DNA of 64,000 bases from a phage. Made by a program: the position numbers and the translations under genes. Under the pieces are notes generated by a model. It did no database searches. It was not told the DNA's origin and was given only the letters and a program-made list of their open reading frames with translations. The DNA is taken from the sequence record PZ445524.1, one strand, 5' to 3'. Below are positions 58,290 through 64,000 of this stretch, in pieces (position 1 is the stretch's first letter; every line of letters starts with the position of its first letter).

Positions 58290-59286
58290 TTCAAGTGTTA
58301 TCTATCGTGCGATAGTTACTTCAAAATTTAGAACAGAAAAAATGTTGAATTTTTATAATTCAATTGGAAGTGGTCCAGATAAAAACACTATCTTTATCAC
58401 ATTTGGAAGATCAGAACCATGGTCATCAAATGAAAATGAGGTGGGCTTTGCCCCACCTTATCCAACCGATTCTGTATTAGGCGTAACTGACATGTGGACG
58501 CATATGATGGGAACAGTAAAAGTTCTTCCATCAATGCTTGATGCAGTTATTCCTCGTCGAGATTGGGGAGATACTAGATATCCGGATCCATACACATTTA
58601 GAATTAACGATATTGTAGTGTGTAACTCAGCTCCTTACAATGCTACTGAATCAGGCGCAGGCTGGTTAGTATATCGTTGTTTAGATGTTCCTGATACCGG
58701 AATGTGTTCAATCGCATCTTTAACTGATAAAGATGAATGCCTTAAGTTAGGTGGAAAATGGACTCCTTCTGCTAGGTCAATGACTCCGCCTGAAGGCCGA
58801 GGAGATGCTGAAGGAACAATTGAACCTGGAGACGGATATGTTTGGGAATATCTATTTGAGATTCCGCCTGATGTATCTATAAATAGATGTACGAATGAAT
58901 ATATCGTGGTTCCTTGGCCTGAGGAATTAAAAGAAGACCCGACTAGATGGGGGTATGAAGATAATCTCACTTGGCAACAAGATGATTTTGGATTAATTTA
59001 CCGTGTTAAGGCAAATACTATCCGTTTTAAAGCATATTTAGATTCAGTTTATTTTCCTGAAGCTGCATTGCCAGGAAATAAAGGATTTAGACAAATATCA
59101 ATAATCACGAATCCTCTTGAAGCTAAAGCTCATCCAAATGACCCAAACGTTAAAGCTGAAAAGGATTATTATGACCCAGAAGATTTAATGAGGCATTCGG
59201 GTGAAATGATTTACATGGAAAATAGGCCACCTATTATTATGGCAATGGATCAAACAGAAGAAATCAATATTCTGTTTACATTTTAA
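58282..59286 (+). CDS. 8: Baseplate wedge protein gp8
   Basis: 334-aa ORF, T4 gp8 length and position. Confidence 0.95.
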   Translation: MNDSSVIYRAIVTSKFRTEKMLNFYNSIGSGPDKNTIFITFGRSEPWSSNENEVGFAPPYPTDSVLGVTDMWTHMMGTVKVLPSMLDAVIPRRDWGDTRYPDPYTFRINDIVVCNSAPYNATESGAGWLVYRCLDVPDTGMCSIASLTDKDECLKLGGKWTPSARSMTPPEGRGDAEGTIEPGDGYVWEYLFEIPPDVSINRCTNEYIVVPWPEELKEDPTRWGYEDNLTWQQDDFGLIYRVKANTIRFKAYLDSVYFPEAALPGNKGFRQISIITNPLEAKAHPNDPNVKAEKDYYDPEDLMRHSGEMIYMENRPPIIMAMDQTEEINILFTF

Positions 59287-59291
59287 ATTAA

Positions 59292-59316
59292 GGGAGCCCA
59301 TGGGCTCCCTTTTTCT
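59292..59316 (+). terminator. Intrinsic terminator after gene 8
   Basis: Palindrome gggagccc-a-tgggctccc followed by TTTTTC. Confidence 0.6.
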
Positions 59317-59317
59317 T

Positions 59318-59325
59318 TATAAATA
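59318..59325 (+). promoter_or_regulatory. T4 late promoter TATAAATA for gene 9
   Basis: Exact TATAAATA about 25 nt upstream of the gene 9 ATG. Confidence 0.7.
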
Positions 59326-59349
59326 CTATAAACTCATAAGGAAACCGCT

Positions 59350-60216
59350 ATGTTCATTCAAGAACCAAAGAAATTGATTGATACCGGCGAAATTGGTAAC
59401 GCTTCTACTGGTGATATCTTATTCGACGGTGGTAATAAAATTAATAGTGATTTTAACGCAATTTATAATGCGTTTGGCGATCAGCGTAAAATGGCAGTAG
59501 CAAACGGCACTGGAGCAGATGGTCAAATTATTCATGCTACTGGATATTATCAAAAACACTCTATTGCAGAGTACGCAACTCCAGTAAAAGTTGGCACTAG
59601 GCATGATATTGATACCTCTACTGTAGGTGTTAAAGTTATCATTGAAAGAGGCGAACTCGGCGATTGTGTTGAATTCATTAACTCTAATGGATCAATATCA
59701 GTTACTAATCCTTTGACAATTCAAGCTATTGATTCAATTAAAGGTGTTTCAGGTAATTTAGTAGTAACTAGCCCATATAGTAAAGTAACTTTACGCTGTA
59801 TTTCATCTGATAATTCTACGTCGGTTTGGAATTATTCTATTGAAAGTATGTTTGGACAAAAGGAATCACCAGCTGAAGGTACATGGAATATTTCTACATC
59901 TGGATCAGTTGACATTCCATTATTTCATCGTACTGAATACAATATGGCTAAATTGCTAGTTACGTGCCAATCGGTAGATGGAAGAAAAATTAAAACAGCA
60001 GAAATAAATATTCTTGTGGATACTGTTAATTCAGAGGTAATTTCTTCTGAATATGTTGTCATGCGAGTTGGGAATGAAACCGAAGAAGACGAAATCGCTA
60101 ATATTGCATTTAGTATTAAAGAAAACTATGTAACGGCGACTATAAGTTCTTCAACTGTCGGTATGAGAGCAGCAGTTAAAGTTATCGCTACGCAGAAAAT
60201 CGGGGTGGCTCAATAA
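59350..60216 (+). CDS. 9: Baseplate protein gp9 (long tail fibre socket)
   Basis: 288-aa ORF, T4 gp9 length and position. Confidence 0.95.
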   Translation: MFIQEPKKLIDTGEIGNASTGDILFDGGNKINSDFNAIYNAFGDQRKMAVANGTGADGQIIHATGYYQKHSIAEYATPVKVGTRHDIDTSTVGVKVIIERGELGDCVEFINSNGSISVTNPLTIQAIDSIKGVSGNLVVTSPYSKVTLRCISSDNSTSVWNYSIESMFGQKESPAEGTWNISTSGSVDIPLFHRTEYNMAKLLVTCQSVDGRKIKTAEINILVDTVNSEVISSEYVVMRVGNETEEDEIANIAFSIKENYVTATISSSTVGMRAAVKVIATQKIGVAQ

Positions 60217-62024
60217 TGAAACAAAATATTAATATCGGTAATGTTGTAGATGATGGTACCGGTGACTACCTGCGTAAAGGTGGTATAAAAATAAATGAAA
60301 ACTTTGATGAGCTTTATTATGAACTTGGTGATGGTGATGTTCCATATTCAGCCGGTGCCTGGAAAACTTATGATGCTTCATCTGGGCAAACACTAAAAGC
60401 TGAATGGGGAAAATCATACGCTATTAATACCTCTTCTGGAAGAGTGACTATAAATCTTCCAAAAGGAACAGTTAATGATTACAACAAGGTAATTAGAGCT
60501 AGAGACGTATTTGCTACATGGAACATCAACCCAGTTACTTTAGTAGCTGCTTCCGGTGATACGATTAAAGGGTCTGCAGTACCAGTTGAAATTAATGTTC
60601 AATTCAGTGATTTAGAACTAGTGTATTGTGCCCCAGGACGTTGGGAATATGTCAAAAATAAACAAATTGACAAAATTACCAGTTCAGACATTAGTAATGT
60701 AGCTCGTAAAGAATTTTTAGTCGAAGTCCAAGGACAAACGGACTTTTTAGATGTTTTCCGTGGAACTAGTTATAATGTAAATAACATCAGAGTAAAACAT
60801 CGCGGTAACGAATTGTATTACGGTGATGTGTTTAGCGAAAACAGCGATTTTGGCTCTCCGTGCGAAAATGAAGGAGAACTAGTTCCTCTTGATGGATTTA
60901 ATATTCGATTAAGACAGCCTTGTAATATTGGTGACACTGTTCAAATTGAAACATTTATGGATGGTGTATCGCAGTGGAGAAGTTCATATACAAGACGTCA
61001 AATTAGATTGTTAGATTCAAAATTAACGTCAAAAACTTCTTTAGAAGGAAGCATTTACGTTACTGATTTATCAACAATGAAATCAATTCCATTTTCTGCT
61101 TTTGGATTAATTCCAGGAGAACCTATTAATCCTAACTCTCTTGAGGTTCGTTTTAATGGAATTTTACAAGAATTGGCTGGAACAGTTGGAATGCCATTAT
61201 TTCATTGTGTTGGTGCCGATTCAGACGATGAAGTAGAATGCTCTGTTTTAGGTGGAACTTGGGAACAATCTCATACCGATTATTCAATTGAAACTGATGA
61301 AAACGGCATACCGGAAATTTTACATTTCGATAGAGCATTTGAGCATGGTGACATTATCAATATCACCTGGTTTAATAATGATTTGGGTACATTATTAACA
61401 AAAGACGAGATTATTGATGAAACTGATAATCTCTATGTATCGCAAGGACCGGGAGTAGATATTTCTGGTGATGTAAATTTAACAGACTTCGATAAAATTG
61501 GTTGGCCAAATGTAGAAGCAGTTCAATCTTATCAACGCGAATTTAATGCTGTTTCAAATATCTTTGATACGATTTATCCTATTGGAACTATATATGAAAA
61601 CGCTGTTAATCCAAATAACCCTGTTACATATATGGGATTCGGCTCATGGAAATTATTTGGGCAAGGAAAAGTTTTAGTTGGATGGAATGAAGATATTTCG
61701 GATCCGAATTTTGCTCTAAATAACAACGATTTAGATTCTGGTGGAAATCCTTCGCATACTGCAGGTGGAACAGGTGGTTCTACTTCGGTTACATTGGAAA
61801 ATGCTAATCTTCCTGCAACTGAAACAGATGAAGAAGTTCTAATAGTTGATGAAAATGGATCAGTCATTGTTGGTGGGTGTCAATACGATCCAGATGAATC
61901 CGGTCCAATTTACACTAAATACCGTGAAGCTAAAGCATCTACTAACTCTACTCACACTCCGCCAACATCAATAACTAACATTCAACCATATATTACAGTT
62001 TATCGTTGGATAAGGATTGCATAA
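60216..62024 (+). CDS. 10: Baseplate protein gp10
   Basis: 602-aa ORF, T4 gp10 length and position. Confidence 0.95.
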   Translation: MKQNINIGNVVDDGTGDYLRKGGIKINENFDELYYELGDGDVPYSAGAWKTYDASSGQTLKAEWGKSYAINTSSGRVTINLPKGTVNDYNKVIRARDVFATWNINPVTLVAASGDTIKGSAVPVEINVQFSDLELVYCAPGRWEYVKNKQIDKITSSDISNVARKEFLVEVQGQTDFLDVFRGTSYNVNNIRVKHRGNELYYGDVFSENSDFGSPCENEGELVPLDGFNIRLRQPCNIGDTVQIETFMDGVSQWRSSYTRRQIRLLDSKLTSKTSLEGSIYVTDLSTMKSIPFSAFGLIPGEPINPNSLEVRFNGILQELAGTVGMPLFHCVGADSDDEVECSVLGGTWEQSHTDYSIETDENGIPEILHFDRAFEHGDIINITWFNNDLGTLLTKDEIIDETDNLYVSQGPGVDISGDVNLTDFDKIGWPNVEAVQSYQREFNAVSNIFDTIYPIGTIYENAVNPNNPVTYMGFGSWKLFGQGKVLVGWNEDISDPNFALNNNDLDSGGNPSHTAGGTGGSTSVTLENANLPATETDEEVLIVDENGSVIVGGCQYDPDESGPIYTKYREAKASTNSTHTPPTSITNIQPYITVYRWIRIA

Positions 62025-62683
62025 TGAGTTTACTTAATAATAAAGCGGGAGTTATTTCCCGCTTAGCCGATTTTCTTGGTTTTAGACCTAAAGCTGGTAA
62101 TATAGATGTAATGAATCGTCAATCAGTTGGGTCAGTGACAATTTCTCAATTAGCGAAAGGATTTTATGAACCAAACGTAGAATCAGCTATTAATGACGTT
62201 CATAATTTTTCTATAAAAGACGTTGGTACAATTATTACTAATAAAACTGGTGTTTCTCCTGAGGGTGTTTCTCAAACTGATTATTGGGCATTTTCTGGAA
62301 CTGTAACAGACGATTCTCTTCCTCCGGGTTCTCCTGTTACGGTATTAGTATTTGGTCTTCCAGTTTCAGCAACAACTGGAATGACGGCAATTGAGTTTGT
62401 TGCAAAAGTTCGTGTTGCCCTTCAAGAAGCTATTGCGTCATTTACTGCTATCAACTCATATAAAGACCATCCAACAGATGGTAGTAAATTAGAAGTTACT
62501 TATTTAGATAATCAAAAACATGTATTAAGCACATATTCTACATATGGAATAACTATTTCGCAGGAAATTATTTCTGAGTCTAAACCTGGCTATGGTACAT
62601 GGAATTTATTAGGCGCACAAACTGTAACTTTAGATAATCAGCAGACTCCTACAGTATTTTATCATTTTGAGAGAACAGCATGA
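62024..62683 (+). CDS. 11: Baseplate protein gp11
   Basis: ATG at 62024 overlapping the gene 10 stop gives 219 aa [10 protein letters not shown]... Confidence 0.93.
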   Translation: MSLLNNKAGVISRLADFLGFRPKAGNIDVMNRQSVGSVTISQLAKGFYEPNVESAINDVHNFSIKDVGTIITNKTGVSPEGVSQTDYWAFSGTVTDDSLPPGSPVTVLVFGLPVSATTGMTAIEFVAKVRVALQEAIASFTAINSYKDHPTDGSKLEVTYLDNQKHVLSTYSTYGITISQEIISESKPGYGTWNLLGAQTVTLDNQQTPTVFYHFERTA

Positions 62684-64000
62684 GTAATAATACATATCAA
62701 CACGTTTCTAATGAATCTCGTTATGTAAAATTTGATCCTACCGATACGAATTTTCCACCAGAGATTACTGATGTTCAGGCTGCTATAGCAGCCATTTCTC
62801 CTGCTGGCGTAAATGGAGTTCCTGATGCATCGTCAACAACAAAGGGAATTTTATTTCTTGCCACTGAACAGGAAGTTATAGATGGAACTAATAATACCAA
62901 AGCAGTTACACCAGCAACGTTGGCAACAAGATTATCATATCCAAACGCAACTGAAACTGTTTACGGATTAACAAGATATTCAACCAATGATGAAGCCATT
63001 GCCGGAGTTAATAATGAATCTTCTATAACTCCAGCTAAATTTACTGTTGCTCTTAATAATGCGTTTGAAACACGAGTTTCAACTGAATCCTCTAATGGTG
63101 TTATTAAAATTTCATCTCTACCGCAAGCATTAGCTGGTGCAGATGATACTACTGCAATGACTCCATTAAAAACACAGCAGTTAGCTATTAAATTAATTGC
63201 GCAAATTGCTCCTTCTGAAACTACAGCTACAGAGTCTGACCAGGGTGTTGTTCAATTAGCAACAGTAGCACAGGTTCGTCAGGGAACTTTAAGAGAAGGC
63301 TATGCAATTTCTCCTTATACGTTTATGAATTCATCTGCTACTGAAGAATATAAAGGCGTAATTAAATTAGGAACACAGTCAGAAGTTAACTCGAATAATG
63401 CTTCCGTTGCAGTTACTGGCGCAACTCTTAATGGTCGTGGTTCTACAACGTCAATGAGAGGCGTAGTTAGATTAACAACAACGGCTGGTTCACAGAGTGG
63501 AGGCGATGCTTCATCAGCCTTAGCTTGGAATGCTGATGTTATCCACCAAAGAGGCGGTCAAACGATTAATGGAACACTTCGCATTAATAATACGCTCACG
63601 ATAGCTTCAGGTGGAGCAAATATTACCGGAACAGTTAACATGACCGGTGGTTATATTCAAGGTAAGCGTGTCGTAACACAAAATGAAATTGATAGAACTA
63701 TTCCTGTCGGAGCTATTATGATGTGGGCCGCTGATAGTCTTCCTAGTGATGCTTGGCGTTTTTGCCACGGTGGAACCGTTTCAGCGTCAGATTGTCCATT
63801 ATATGCTTCTAGAATTGGAACAAGATATGGCGGAAGCTCATCAAATCCTGGATTACCTGATATGCGTGGTCTTTTTGTTCGTGGCTCTGGTCGTGGCTCT
63901 CACTTAACAAATCCAAATGTTAATGGTAATGACCAGTTTGGTAAACCTAGATTAGGTGTAGGTTGTACTGGTGGATATGTTGGTGAAGTACAGAAACAAC
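62680..64000 (+). CDS. 12: Short tail fibre protein gp12, N-terminal ~440 aa; continues beyond window end
   Basis: ATG at 62680 overlapping the gene 11 stop; [31 protein letters not shown]... matches the T4 gp12 N-terminus as recalled. Confidence 0.93.
   Translation, partial: MSNNTYQHVSNESRYVKFDPTDTNFPPEITDVQAAIAAISPAGVNGVPDASSTTKGILFLATEQEVIDGTNNTKAVTPATLATRLSYPNATETVYGLTRYSTNDEAIAGVNNESSITPAKFTVALNNAFETRVSTESSNGVIKISSLPQALAGADDTTAMTPLKTQQLAIKLIAQIAPSETTATESDQGVVQLATVAQVRQGTLREGYAISPYTFMNSSATEEYKGVIKLGTQSEVNSNNASVAVTGATLNGRGSTTSMRGVVRLTTTAGSQSGGDASSALAWNADVIHQRGGQTINGTLRINNTLTIASGGANITGTVNMTGGYIQGKRVVTQNEIDRTIPVGAIMMWAADSLPSDAWRFCHGGTVSASDCPLYASRIGTRYGGSSSNPGLPDMRGLFVRGSGRGSHLTNPNVNGNDQFGKPRLGVGCTGGYVGEVQKQ

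Noticed and set aside
50904-61867. Minus-strand and alternate-frame ORFs inside late baseplate genes (50904-51113, 52924-53118, 53774-53968, 54720-54917, 57019-57201, 57991-58191, 58635-58970, 59419-59604, 60229-60417, 61153-61338, 61574-61867)
   Set aside because: Internal or antisense to genes 5, 5.4, 6, 7, 8, 9 and 10, which are confidently identified; no independent signals.

Overview
This 64 kb window is a T4-like (Tevenvirinae) myovirus genome segment, collinear with phage T4 from beta-glucosyltransferase/gene 42 to gene 12. Assignments come from reading the ORF-track translations against remembered T4 proteins and from motifs visible in the sequence; no database search was run. Positions 1-50031 are early/middle genes on the minus strand: bgt (partial), 42, imm, 43, regA, 62, 44, 45, rpbA, 46, 47, agt, 55, nrdH-like, nrdG, nrdD, 49, pin, nrdC, a long accessory block with a MobD-like HNH endonuclease, rI, tk, regB, ipIII, ipII, lysozyme e, nudE, eight tRNAs plus stable-RNA region with segB, an internal-protein locus, 57B (Acb1), 57A, 1, 3, 2, 4. 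Positions 50079-64000 are late baseplate genes on the plus strand: 53, 5, 5.1, 5.4, 6, 7, 8, 9, 10, 11, 12 (partial). Differences from T4 as I remember it: nrdD is one uninterrupted 605-aa ORF (no intron) and no denV-like ORF is present. I cannot demonstrate an undescribed system from sequence alone. The best candidates are the internal-protein cassette array with shared leaders, a macro-domain protein, four tandem coiled-coil genes, and a polymerase-beta-type nucleotidyltransferase next to the homing endonuclease. The ORF track often begins at upstream TTG/GTG codons, so several starts were moved to an in-frame ATG with a Shine-Dalgarno sequence; all starts, promoter and hairpin coordinates are approximate (a few nt).
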